Positions 1 to 11,300 of a stretch of DNA of 64,000 bases are shown one piece after another. The notes under the pieces are model-generated. The model was given only the letters and a program-made list of their open reading frames with translations. It did no database searches and was not told where the DNA came from. Origin of the DNA: an uncultured bacterium (GTDB lineage Bacteria; Omnitrophota; Omnitrophia; Omnitrophales; CAZLUT01); the NCBI GenBank assembly GCA_964562805.1, contig CAZLUT010000001.1, positions 32,574-96,573 on the forward strand. Reading direction: 5' to 3'. Numbering within the stretch: position 1 is the first letter of the stretch; each line of letters starts with the position of its first letter. Position numbers and translations under genes: made by a program.

Positions 1-312
1 TCAAGCATCCTTTCTTGCTCCCAAATGATATTAGCTAATGATTCTGATGTGCTGCATGCGGGCATTTCGAGCGGTGTCCCTACAATCGGTATCTTTGGCC
101 CTTCTGATTATAGGCTGTATGGCGCTTACGGAGATGAAGCGAATTTTAAAGCTTTTTACAGACCGATTAACTGTAGACCTTGCGTTAATCACTATTGCAG
201 CGATCCTGTTTGCCTCAAAACGATTACTCCCGAAATAATTCTAGAAGAGGCTTCTAGAATGATAGTGAAGATGGAAAGACAAGGGGTTCGGGGCGCGCAA
301 ACCCCCTCATAG
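1..312 (+). CDS. Glycosyltransferase family 9 (LPS heptosyltransferase-like), 5' truncated by the window edge
   Basis: Frame is open from base 1. ANDSDVLHAG..GVPTIGIFGPS and CRPC..C..C are typical of the GT9 C-terminus. Confidence 0.85.
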   Translation, partial: SSILSCSQMILANDSDVLHAGISSGVPTIGIFGPSDYRLYGAYGDEANFKAFYRPINCRPCVNHYCSDPVCLKTITPEIILEEASRMIVKMERQGVRGAQTPS

Positions 313-343
313 TTTAGGGAAAAATTGGACACGAGGTAACATC

Positions 344-1258
344 TTGGCATCTGCGATATCGATTAAAAACCTTACAAAATTTTACGGATCTTTTAAAGCG
401 GTCAATGATCTTTGTTTGGAAATTCCCGAGGGTGAATTTTTTGGTTTTTTGGGGCCGAATGGGGCCGGAAAAACCACTACAATCAACGCTATTACGGGTC
501 TCGGCAATTTTAACCAAGGTGATATCCGGGTGATGGGGCACGATGTTGTTCGTGATTATAAAAAAACTAGAAGCGCAATAGGTCTAGCACCCCAGGAAGT
601 TAATTTTGACCCCTTCTTAGATTGCAGACAAATCCTTTTCTATACGGGCGGCTATTACGGCTTGGGCAGACGGGCATCTAAAAAAAGAGCTGAAGAATTA
701 TTGCATAAGTTTAATCTTTTTGAGCATGGTCAGCTTGGATACAAAAAGCTATCCGGCGGGCTTAAACGCCGTCTTTTAATTGCCCGTTCCCTTGTCCACA
801 AACCACAGATTTTAATACTTGATGAACCGACGGCAGGAGTTGATTTGGAACTCCGTTATCAATTATGGGAAGAATTAAGACGGATGAATCGCGAAGGGGT
901 TACAATTATTTTAACGACTCACTATATCGAAGAAGCCGAAAAGCTTTGTCATAGGATCGGTATTATCCACGAGGGTAAATTAGTAGCTTGCGACACAACA
1001 AAAGATCTTATTGCTCAGATGGATCATGATATGCTTCTGATTCGCCCACGCGAGAGAATATTTTCATTACCTCAAAGCTTTGAGAAATTTCATTTATTAA
1101 TAAAAGAGGAAGGAACACTGCTTTTATTCAAAGAACACAAATCTCGTCTAAATGAAATTTTGAAAGTGCTTCACGAAGAAAATATCGAAGTCGAAAGCAT
1201 TGAAACCGAAAAAACAACCCTAGAAGATGTTTTTGCAAGCATTACGAGGCTGAAATGA
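344..1258 (+). CDS. ABC-2 type transporter ATP-binding protein (YadG-like)
   Basis: Walker A GPNGAGKTT, signature LSGG, Walker B ILILDEPT, H-loop TTHY. Confidence 0.95.
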   Translation: MASAISIKNLTKFYGSFKAVNDLCLEIPEGEFFGFLGPNGAGKTTTINAITGLGNFNQGDIRVMGHDVVRDYKKTRSAIGLAPQEVNFDPFLDCRQILFYTGGYYGLGRRASKKRAEELLHKFNLFEHGQLGYKKLSGGLKRRLLIARSLVHKPQILILDEPTAGVDLELRYQLWEELRRMNREGVTIILTTHYIEEAEKLCHRIGIIHEGKLVACDTTKDLIAQMDHDMLLIRPRERIFSLPQSFEKFHLLIKEEGTLLLFKEHKSRLNEILKVLHEENIEVESIETEKTTLEDVFASITRLK

Positions 1259-2019
1259 TGCGCTGGCGGGGCTTGGGCGCCTTAATTGAGAGAGAGATCT
1301 ACCGGTTTGTTACTGTAATTAGCCAGACAGTTGTTCCGCCAATTATTTCGGCATTTCTTTTTATTTTTATTTTTGGATTTGCCTTGGGAAAAGCTATTCA
1401 AAGCATGGCTGGACTCCCTTATTTGGTATTTATTGTCCCAGGTTTAATAGCTCTTTATTTGATTGAGAGCACTTATACTAACGCTTCCTCATCGCTATTT
1501 CTTTCAAGGTGGTCTTTTTATATCCAAGAGCTTTTAGTGACACCCCTTTCTTATATTGACTTAGTAACTGCGATTATTGTTGGCTCTTTTGCCCGGGGGA
1601 TTTGTACGGCAGCCGGCGTTTATATTGTAGCTTTATTGTTTCAGCCAGTTCCTATTATTTATCCATGGCTTTTAATTTATTTCATGATCATGATCTGTAT
1701 CATTTTTTCTTCTGTGGGCATTTTGGTGGGACTTATTTCTGAGAAATGGGAACATCTTGCCGTTATTAATAATTTTGTTATTACACCGCTTACTTATTTT
1801 GGCGGCGTTTTTACTTCTTTAAAAATTTTACCCGGGTTTTTGGTTACACTCAGTTATTTTAATCCATTTTTTTATATGGTTGATGGAGTGAGATTTTCAA
1901 TGTTAGGAGTATCCGACTTTTCCATTTATGTAAGCTTTGTATTGGTCACGGTACTTGCAGCCCTTTTCTTTTCGGCAGCCGTTTATTTATTTAAGATTGG
2001 ATATAAGCTAAGGACATGA
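1255..2019 (+). CDS. ABC-2 type transporter permease (YadH-like)
   Basis: About six hydrophobic segments, REIYRF, FIVPGL and NPFFYMVDGVRF motifs. ATGA overlap with the ATPase gene. Confidence 0.92.
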   Translation: MMRWRGLGALIEREIYRFVTVISQTVVPPIISAFLFIFIFGFALGKAIQSMAGLPYLVFIVPGLIALYLIESTYTNASSSLFLSRWSFYIQELLVTPLSYIDLVTAIIVGSFARGICTAAGVYIVALLFQPVPIIYPWLLIYFMIMICIIFSSVGILVGLISEKWEHLAVINNFVITPLTYFGGVFTSLKILPGFLVTLSYFNPFFYMVDGVRFSMLGVSDFSIYVSFVLVTVLAALFFSAAVYLFKIGYKLRT

Positions 2020-2074
2020 TTAGTTTGTTGCTAACTACTAACCGCTGCCAGCTAGCCACGGCGCGAGGCGGCAT

Positions 2075-3133
2075 ATGAAGCGTTCTATAAGAGATCTGAC
2101 ATTAAAGGAGCTGGAAGGAGAGATAGTAAAACGAGGTTTTCCGAAATATCGGGCTAAACAGCTGGTTGATTGGATTTATAAAAAGCAAGTTGTTGCGGTG
2201 AGTGAAATTAAAAACCTTCCTAAGGAATTGTTGCGGTCGCTGGAAAAAGATTTTGTTTTTTCTTCTTTGAAATTAATCAAGATTCATACAGGCGCGGATA
2301 ATTCAAAAAAGTTTTTATTCCAAACCGAAACCGGAGAGCATTTAGAATCCGTTTATATTTATCAAGGCAGCAAAAGGCACGCCCTTTGTGTTTCAACTCA
2401 AATTGGCTGTAAAATGAAGTGTAAGTTTTGTGCGAGCGGGAAGATGGGCTGGAAGAGAAATCTGAGCGCGGGTGAAATCCTGGACCAAATTGCTAATGTG
2501 ATGCATGAATTAAAAGTGCCGCTCGATAATCTTGTTTATATGGGCATGGGTGAGCCGCTTGATAATCTGAATGCTGTTTTAAAATCAATCCGGATTTTGC
2601 GAGCCGATTGGGGTTTTCAGATGGGTTGGCGGCGCATCACCATCTCAACCTCAGGACTTGTCCCTGCTATCAAAAAATTTGCTGCGTCCGCATCAGGTGA
2701 AGTGAAGCTTGCTATTTCTCTTCATGGTACTACCGATGAGGAACGAAAAAAGATTATGCCAATCTCGAAAGTTTATTCTCTTGAGTCATTGATTCAGTGC
2801 CTTAAAGACGTAAAAAATAAATTTAAACGACAATTTATGTTTGAATATATTCTAATTAAAGGCCTTAATGATTCGATGGAAGATGCTAAGAGGCTCAGAA
2901 CCATCGCAAGAAGAGTTGACGCAAAGGTTAATTTGATTCCTTACAATAAGATAGAAGGTGAAAAATTTGAAAGACCCTCGATAGAAAGAATGAAAGAAAT
3001 TCAAAAATTTCTAACCGAATCCGGCATTACCACGATGCTGCGGTATAGCGCGGGGAGTGATATTGGAGCTGCGTGTGGGCAATTGAGACTAATTGAAGAA
3101 AAACACAAAACACAGAACACAAAACACAAATAA
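2075..3133 (+). CDS. rlmN: Dual-specificity 23S rRNA m2A2503/tRNA methyltransferase (radical SAM)
   Basis: CVSTQIGCKMKCKFCASG radical-SAM motif, MGMGEP, ISLH, VNLIPYN, DIGAACGQL. Confidence 0.97.
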   Translation: MKRSIRDLTLKELEGEIVKRGFPKYRAKQLVDWIYKKQVVAVSEIKNLPKELLRSLEKDFVFSSLKLIKIHTGADNSKKFLFQTETGEHLESVYIYQGSKRHALCVSTQIGCKMKCKFCASGKMGWKRNLSAGEILDQIANVMHELKVPLDNLVYMGMGEPLDNLNAVLKSIRILRADWGFQMGWRRITISTSGLVPAIKKFAASASGEVKLAISLHGTTDEERKKIMPISKVYSLESLIQCLKDVKNKFKRQFMFEYILIKGLNDSMEDAKRLRTIARRVDAKVNLIPYNKIEGEKFERPSIERMKEIQKFLTESGITTMLRYSAGSDIGAACGQLRLIEEKHKTQNTKHK

Positions 3134-3579
3134 AACACAAAACACAAACGTTTCAAAGACTCGACTTATCGATAATTGCGGAAAATATTCTTCTCAATTC
3201 TTTAGATTCGATAATTAAATTATCAAAGCTTTCTTTGTAATTGCTATTTGAATTTGATAACAGTTCTAACCAATAACTAGTTTCCTTACATTCTTTTCTA
3301 GTTATTCTCATTCGATGAATGAAGTCTTTCTTACTAACCGCGTCATTTGCCTCTCGGTAGTTAGCTCCCACAGACCCAGAAGAGCGAGTTAACTGGCGAA
3401 TTAGCTCGCTATTAATAGTGCTTTTTGGTATTTGTTGACAAGTGTTTAAGGTTTCTTTTGCAAAATTTAAAGTACGTTCTTCTAAAGCTCTCATTGTGTT
3501 TATTGAAATCTTGTATTTGTTTGTGCTTTGTGGTTTGGATCCCATTGTTTGTGTTTTGTGTTCTGTGTTTTGTGTTTTT
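3099..3579. repeat. Perfect 32-bp inverted repeat of AACACAA-type heptamers (3099-3130 and 3548-3579) bracketing the four-helix-bundle gene
   Basis: Left arm aaaaacacaaaacacagaacacaaaacacaaa; the right arm is its exact reverse complement. Further degenerate heptamers lie inside both arms. Confidence 0.92.
3153..3494 (-). CDS. Four-helix-bundle protein (TIGR02436 / 23S rRNA IVP-like)
   Basis: QLTRSSGSVGANYREA, DFIHRMRITRKECKETSYWLELL and ESKELRRIFSAI are family hallmarks. ATG 3494 preferred because the extension to 3545 is repeat-derived. Confidence 0.92.
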   Translation of the reverse strand: MRALEERTLNFAKETLNTCQQIPKSTINSELIRQLTRSSGSVGANYREANDAVSKKDFIHRMRITRKECKETSYWLELLSNSNSNYKESFDNLIIESKELRRIFSAIIDKSSL

Positions 3580-5155
3580 TGAAAAAATCAGCAATCGTTT
3601 CTTGATTCTTAATATTCTCCCCAAACCACCCCCCTGTCATTCCGTCTATTTGAGAGGTGAGCTCTTCGATTCTAAGCCAAGATTCGAGAAGCTTTTTTTG
3701 TTCATGCGTTTTAACCAAAACATCTATCTGAAGGCGTCTTCTTTCATAATAAAGCCGAGTCACTTCAGAGACTAATTCATCTCTAAGCTCTACCATCAAT
3801 TTTTCACGCGAATCAATGCTGGTTTGAGAAGAGGAAAAAAGAAGGTCGCCCAAATCCCAGCTCAAATCAATATCCATATCATAATTCCAATCTTCAGGAC
3901 CAACAATATAAAGATCAGGATCTCTCGTGCCGCCGCGGTCAAGGTCAATGTTGTTACCCCGATTATTACCGACCGAATAGGAAACGGAGGGCAGAAGAGA
4001 CTTCAATCTAGAGAAGATTTGCCAGCTCTTAGTTTTTCCATTGGGTGTATTGGAATAACGAATGGCGGCTTCCTGAACCTCTCTCGCTTTTGGTTCGCTC
4101 GCAATCAGTTGATTTAACAATTTAATCAAATTTGATCCATAATGAAGCTCTTGCCTGATGGGTAAGGGATTTTCAGGTAGAGGAAGAGTGATTTTAACGA
4201 TTCCATCATCGGAACTTACCCAGAGCAGGCGTTTGAAATAAATTAAATCATGTATTTTGCCAAGGCTTTTCTCGGTTTTAAGCCTTTTCCATTCAGAATC
4301 GGCAAATCGATATACTCCCTTTTGTGTTCCGGCTATTAGGCCGGGGGGTGTGGTGAGAAGCTGAGTAATGCTGTCTGTTCGTAAACCTGAAGAGGGAAGC
4401 TTATAAAAGTGAAGTCCGCCGGTTTTACTCCCATAAACTCCGCGACTGGTTCCAACCCACACATTTTTTCCATCAGGACTCACTTCAAACGTCGAAAAAC
4501 TGCCTAAATTTTTTGACTCACTGAATTCTGTGCGATCATTTAACAATTCTGTTTCTTTTGGAATCGCACCGAGTAATTTTTCAAAACTAAGACCGCCATC
4601 TCTTGTTTTCCATAAGCTTCTATCAGTGAGAACAAAATAAATTTTTTTTGAAAGAGTCTTGATAGAAAACGGGATTTCTCCCGAAGGGAAGTGATCATTT
4701 TTTTTGAAAACCAATTGGTTTAAGTTTGCCGAAAACAATCCTTTTGTTGTCCCAAGGAAAATTATTTCCTCTTTAATTTTAAAAGTTTCAAGCCTGCCTT
4801 TTGCCGGAGTGGAATTAAAAATTTGCTTCCAGCGGACACCTAAATCTTCGCTGAGGTAGAGGTGCTTATTTGTTAAAAGAAGCAAATTATTGCCAATAAA
4901 TCCAATTCGCCTCATTTCTTGAGTAGCGGGAAGGCTAAAGACCTGCTTATGAAAATTAGTATTTTGTCGTGCAAGATATAGGTTTTTTGGGCTTAAAATT
5001 GCCAATTCCCCATCTTTGATTGGGAGAAGCTGAAGATAATAAGGCTCCTTTGTTCCCCAAGGGATGGTGGGAAGTAGAGCATTTTCTTGAGCAAAAGCGG
5101 GGAGCATTAAGAGAAAAAGAAAGATGATAAGAGGAAAAATGAAGTTTTTAAGCAT
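3500..5155 (-). CDS. Secreted protein: BNR/Asp-box beta-propeller plus a C-terminal helical/beta domain with possible outer-membrane efflux (TolC)-like character
   Basis: Signal peptide ending ..LPAFA. Asp boxes SEDLGVRW, TRDGGLSF, SKTGGLHF and repeated GT.xG[LV][FY] blades. C-terminal EPKAREVQEAAIRY..LLPSVS..LSWDLGDLLF..EVTRLYYERRRLQ. The TolC likeness is inference. Confidence 0.7.
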   Translation of the reverse strand: MLKNFIFPLIIFLFLLMLPAFAQENALLPTIPWGTKEPYYLQLLPIKDGELAILSPKNLYLARQNTNFHKQVFSLPATQEMRRIGFIGNNLLLLTNKHLYLSEDLGVRWKQIFNSTPAKGRLETFKIKEEIIFLGTTKGLFSANLNQLVFKKNDHFPSGEIPFSIKTLSKKIYFVLTDRSLWKTRDGGLSFEKLLGAIPKETELLNDRTEFSESKNLGSFSTFEVSPDGKNVWVGTSRGVYGSKTGGLHFYKLPSSGLRTDSITQLLTTPPGLIAGTQKGVYRFADSEWKRLKTEKSLGKIHDLIYFKRLLWVSSDDGIVKITLPLPENPLPIRQELHYGSNLIKLLNQLIASEPKAREVQEAAIRYSNTPNGKTKSWQIFSRLKSLLPSVSYSVGNNRGNNIDLDRGGTRDPDLYIVGPEDWNYDMDIDLSWDLGDLLFSSSQTSIDSREKLMVELRDELVSEVTRLYYERRRLQIDVLVKTHEQKKLLESWLRIEELTSQIDGMTGGWFGENIKNQETIADFFKKHKTQNTKHKQWDPNHKAQTNTRFQ

Positions 5156-5354
5156 GAGAGAAGGTTATAATAAATATGCATATAAATCAATAATTATTTA
5201 ATAATTATGCATATTAAAGTTAAAGTTAAAATTCTGGGTCAAAAATTTGATTTTAACTGTTCCATCAGGTACTTTTTTACAGTTAAAACATATATATAGG
5301 AAATAGAATAATATATAAGGGAGGGAGATTCTTTTTTATAGGAAAAGAATTTTT
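5156..5354. promoter_or_regulatory. AT-rich divergent promoter region with two 10-bp inverted repeats (candidate operators)
   Basis: aatatgcata 5173-5182 / tatgcatatt 5206-5215 and ttttaactgt 5251-5260 / acagttaaaa 5279-5288, between head-to-head genes. Confidence 0.5.
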
Positions 5355-8300
5355 TTGCTTATGAGGTTTTTATCAAACAATAAAGCGAGCCGTGCGCTCA
5401 CTATCTATTTTCTTATTTTTTGTTTTCTAGCTACATCAAACGCTGTAGCCAACCCGGCTTTTATTCAAGAGGAAACAATTTCCCCCAAAAAACAAACAAC
5501 AAAGGAAGAATTTTTAAGTGAGCTTAAATTAGTTGAATCGGATTTAACACAAAGCAGAAAAAGAGGCGAAAAAGATATTTTAATTTCTGGATTGGTTGAA
5601 CGCTCGCGAAAAATTGTTGGTGCAAAGGCCGCTAGCCTTGGTGAGGTGACGCCTCCTGAAGAGATTCCGCTGCTACATCCCGCCAACCTAGAAGAAATAA
5701 AAGAGCGACTTGAAAAAGAGCTGGAAGGTTATTTGAAACCAACTTTTTCTATCGCGCCGGATATTCCAGAAACCATATGGCTAGGCCTGTACTCAGGACA
5801 TCTTAGAGCCGTTCTTAATGAATTGCTTAAGAATTCCCGGGAGGCAGGCGCCACGCAAGTAAATTTAAATTTTCAGATGATTGACGGCAAGCTTATCATC
5901 AAAGCCCAAGATAATGGCGAAGGAGTGTCTTATGAATCTTTAAAAAAAGCTTTGCTTAAGGCCGCCCAGGAAGAACGGGTTATTAGAAACGAAGATGGAA
6001 TTCTTGAAGTTCCTTTTCCCCGTATTGCGGATGCAAAGCAAATCTTAACCACGGAAGAAGTTTTGGAGTTTATTAAGGAAAATGAAAAGCTGCTTCCTTT
6101 TATCTCGGGCCTTTCCGTAAAAGGAAGTTTTCGTGGCATGGGCATCGCTGCGAGTTGGCAGATTATTAAGCGTCATGGCGGAACAATGGATTATACGACA
6201 GGTCCCGAAGGAACAACTTTTACCATCCAATCACCGGTTTCGGTTAAAGCCAAGAGCCTTGGGAGTGATTTTGTTATAGATTCAGGAAGATCGTATTCGT
6301 TTAAGGATGTTGAGATCGAACAAAGGCAATATCCGGTCTCTTCTCCCGCATCTGTTGTTTTTCCAACGGTCATATTAGAAATTAATAATAGAGCCTACGA
6401 AGTTGGTGGCGAGAATTTTCTAGTTATCACGCTTGCCAACGGAAAAAAGATTTATTGGGGTGGGCAGCACAACCTTTCTTATTCTTTCTTTTTTGAAAAT
6501 TTTAAAGAAAAGGCCGCTGAGCTTATTGAAGCCGGCGGTGTCCTTTGGTTTCATATTGATAATCATGTTGATCTTGGTTCGTACGAAGAGGCAAATAGAC
6601 GTAGTTTAGACACAGGTGTTTGGCAAAAAGAAATTGAGCATGGATATGCCCATCTTAGTTTTGCCAATTACATGGGTTATCTTTTACAGACTAAGGTGGT
6701 TTCTGATTTGCACCGAGCCAGTTCACTCGAAGAGATTGTTGAAGGAAAATGGGCCATCGATTCTCCTTCGGTTGTAGATTTTGATGTCGATGTAATTTTG
6801 GATAATACAGGGAAAACCCGCCTTGGTCTTTTGGAGAAGGCAAAGCTCTTATCAATTTTTAATCAAGCAGATGTTGTTTTTATGACCAATAGTTCGGAGC
6901 TGAGCGCATTTAATCTGGGTGTGCCTTTACATATTGATCCACATCTAGCCATTTCAACTAATGCGAAATTTATACAAGAACTTGCACTCCAATCTAGCTT
7001 GGTGGCAGGTAAGAGTTTGGGAAAAGAGGAAAAGAAAGAAATTTCTTTTAGTGAGATTAATTGGAATCCATTTCGAAAATATGGTGATTGGGCTGGTTTC
7101 TTCCGGGGGCGAACTATTAATCAAGAGCTAGATGATATACAAGAAAAAGCCATGGCGCACCTCACGATGATGTATGAAACGGCTCTCAAAGAAGCAAAGT
7201 CTTTCGAGATGGAGGAGTTGCTTGAAGTGGCAAAAGATTCTGCTCGAGCAAAGATTGAAGGAATGATAGCTGTCCGGCGAGAGGGGGCCCTGGAAAATCG
7301 GCTGATGGACTTTGTCTTAAGACTTAATGGTTCGGGTGTTACTTTACAAACAAGAGAATTAGTTAAAAATTATCTCAAAGATTTTTGGGATAAGGCATCA
7401 GGGGTTTTGAGTGGCCGCGAGGTTTTTGAGCTAGAGGCTCAAAATGCGATTAGGAAAGCGTCTCGTCTCAAAGTGTTTCGTCCTATCCGAACTATATTGG
7501 TTGCTGAAGATGAGGAAGTTTATTTAAAAGATTACAAGAAGGTATTTGAGCGGCTTGGGAGAGACGATATCGATGTGCTTTATTTTCCAACCAGAAAAAA
7601 AGCAATAACTCATTTAAAAACTTTTGGCAAAGAGGTGGATCTTATCTTCGCAGACCGCTCGATGGTAGATGAAGAGGAATATAAGGAAAGATTGGTAGCT
7701 GGTCTTCCTGCTGATGTGGATGATGGCGGGCTTCTTATTGAAGAAGTTAGGAATAAATTAAACCTAAAAACCCCTGTAGTTTTTGTGAGCGGGTCAAGAT
7801 ATGGCCAAAACGAACTAGATCAATTTGGAAATGCAACTCAATTTTCTAAAGCATATCTGAATCCAGAACATTTGGGACGACTCGTTCAGGAATTGATTAA
7901 AATTCTGCCCGAAATTCCTGAGCCTCCTGATGTCGAAGGACTTATGTCCGCTGATAAGATCAAAACGCATAATGATTATTTGCTAGACCTTTTATCTTTT
8001 CTTGGCTCCTTGGACCGCTCTGAAATAACTACAAAAATTAATGAAAATTTGTCACCAGCATCATGGCAGGCATGGGTAGCGCATGATTTTAAAACCCCAA
8101 TTGGCGTAATTCTGCAGAATGTGCAATTAATTGAAGATTACAAGAAAAGCGATGAAGCTGTACCAATTAAAAATATTAAAAGAATCATAGAAAATTATCA
8201 GAAAATAAAGGATGCGCTGACTGTTATAGACCGGGCGGGTGAACCTATTCGCCCTGAATATTTTGATCGGCTAACTCATACTGGTAGCAAGAAAGATCCT

Positions 8301-11300
8301 ATTCCTTATGGGGATCTTACTCCTCATTTGGTCAAAAGACTTTTTTATGACCATCCCGGAGCAGAAAATAATTTAGCAATGTTTCAAGCAACAGTGCCAG
8401 TAGTTGAATCTGCCATCGAAAAGTTGGGTGAAGTAATTGATGAGTATGCGGAGGAAGTTACGGCGAAGAGTTTGGGTGAGCTTGAAAAGCTTGCCGAAAG
8501 CATTTGGCCGGGAAATTTGCTTTCCAAAGAAGAGATGGAAGTAGCCGGGATGCCCTTTGCGGTTATTCGAGGCAAAAACTACTGGATACTTGGTGATTAT
8601 CTTTTTATTAACGAGGAAGAATGGACGGCCCATAAGGAAGAATTAAAAGAATTTAAGGATTCAGTAGTTGTCGCTGCTTTAACCAGAGGCGTATTGAGCG
8701 AGGCATTGGATTTTTACTATAACGTTCATACTCGTCTCGCGATTCTTTTGCTTCAAGCGCGTTCCGATCTTATTAAGGATAAAACAGTTTTGGATGCGGG
8801 AGCGGGCGATAGTGTGTTGGGTGCAGTGGCTTCGCGCTTGGGCGCCAAGAAAGTTATTGAAATTGAAAAAAGTGGAGAATGGGCTGCTGAAGCGAGGAAA
8901 TTAGCTAAGATCAATGAAATAGAAAATGTAGAAATTCTTGAAAAAGATTTTTCCGAACTCGAAGGACTTTCCGCTATCAGCAATATTGATATTGTTCTGG
9001 CAAGTCTTAACAGTAACGGAGTTTTTCAAGAAGAAAACTATATAAAGAATTGGCATTTTTTAATTTCAGATCTGATTAATCCGGATTGGTATTTCTTTCT
9101 TGGCGGCGTAGTAGAATATTCGGGTGCCGCGCAATGGGTTTACGATGTCATGACGCAAGAAAAATGGCAGGCGACGGTAGAGGCAAGAGGTTCTGAGGGT
9201 GTAAGGCGAACGCCTGTTGCTCATGTATTTCAAAATATCACAAAAGGCAAAAGTTTAGGAGAGGATGAAACAAGAAGGGAAGGACGCGCTTACATAAAGC
9301 GGTTGGCGGGCACCGTGCCATTTTTTATAGAGACTAAAGGAGAGATGATCAGCAGGCTTTATCAGAACACAACCTCTGATGAGGCTAAGAGAATGTTGCT
9401 TCGACCTGATGTTTTGCCCGTCTTATTCGGCATTAAGCCGGCTTACATTGCTTACACCGGAGAGCCGATGCCTGACCCATTATCAGAGGAAGTTTTTAAA
9501 ATGCCTGAAGTCCGAGAGAGTCTAGGATTACTTTTTGCCGGCAATTTTATTCTTTCGGTCAGACAGGTTTTTAATCGCCTTGAACAAGAAGGTGATTTTC
9601 TTGTAACACATAAGATTATCTCCAAAAATGAGCTGAATTCTTTTGTCCGGAACGGCCCTACGCCGGAATCATTGCGCGCCATTACCGATATTCTCCGCCA
9701 ATATCACGCCAATATTCCCGGCAGACACATTTTGCAGGGTTTTATTCTAGGCTACCCGCTGGAAGAAATTGTTTTGGCAGAAAACACAAGAGGCAAAAAA
9801 GACGAATTTTTATCGCAAGGCGGTATTGTTTACGAGGGTGACTACGGAAGCTTTGTGATGACCAAAGGATCCCGCGAGGCAGCTGAGCTGCTTTTACTCT
9901 GGGATACCACAGCTCACTATGGTTACACGGTTTTGTCCGGTGAACCGGATTTTGAGGAAATGATGGATCCAGACACCCTGAAAACCTTTAAAGAAATCGA
10001 AGGTAAAAGTTTGGGCGAGGAGCTGGTTTTGCAATGGGCTCAAAATATTTTTGGAGGAAAAGTAATACAAGGTGACGATGAAGCTTATCGTCTTTTCCCC
10101 TCCACATCTTCAAGCTACATACCGAACGTTGTAGGAATCCGTCTGCAAAAGATGGACGACCCGTCAAATGTTTCGATGAGATCCGTTATGACTCTGGCTC
10201 TCATAAATAGCGATGGATCGGCGGTTAAAATCGGGGGTTTTGATTTTGATAAAGTGACCTTTAAGGGACCAGTAAAAGCGATGGATCTAAGAGGTCAAAA
10301 ATTAGGCTCTCAAATGATGAAAATTTTGGGTGATGGGTTGGAAAAAGATGCGCTGGTCATAGTAGATGTTCGTCAGAAAGAGACAAATGAGAAGTTGTAT
10401 AGAGAGTATTATGTCGATCGATCGGGAGTCCTCCGGCGAAAAGCAGACGGTCTTATTATGGTGGATGGGAAGGCTGCAAAAGGCGAGATATCTTTTGAAA
10501 AGGTATTTAGCGAAACGCTTTGGGGAAAACTCTTAAGAAAAGCAGGGCTTGGTAATTTTCAAATCCTAACATCAGGCCGATTGCTAAAAGGGGTCGAAGC
10601 ATTAAAGTATCTTTTAAAAAACCCCGAGTTTCCAAAGGCTAATTTAAAATCACCCACTTATTTTATTGGAGCAAAAAAAATGACACCGGCAACCGGTAAA
10701 AGTTTGGGAGCGGAGGAGAGGGCCGAAGCGATGCGTCAGGAGGCTATTGATCGGACAAGAAAAGTTTTGGAGATTACAGGCAAATCGCTTGGTGAGATAC
10801 CAGCGGAAGAAGGAACGGCCTTTGAGAGAGCCGGGAGGCATATAAGATTTATAAGAAATATGTTATTGGCTATTCGAACGCTTGATTCGGGATCAAAGCT
10901 TTATTATGAATCTTTAGATAAAGAAGGAAATAAAATCGGAGTTGAAGAAATTTTATGGGACGACTGGGCGGTTCATACAGTGCTAAGTTATATGTCTGGT
11001 CTTAAGAGGCAGTATTCTTTTTACGAGGAACATCCAGAGAAAATAAAAATAGATCTGCGAAAAGGCTCTGAAACTTTTGATCTCATAGAAGAATTTGCCA
11101 GTTTTTTTAAAGATAATTTCCCTCCAATTAAGAGCTTGGCTGAGAAAGATCCATCTGAATATGCAGGTAATCTCCCCAAAAAAGGTGATGAGGCAGATCC
11201 GGTTGACTACAACCAGCTCGGACGTTATTTTGCAAGAGACCTTTTTATTAACCATCCTGAAGCTGAGGACAACTGGAGGATTTTTCAAGTTGCAGTTACC

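Noticed and set aside
3153-3545. Four-helix-bundle gene as the Avd of a diversity-generating retroelement
   Set aside because: No reverse transcriptase and no template/variable repeat pair with adenine-specific differences in the window.
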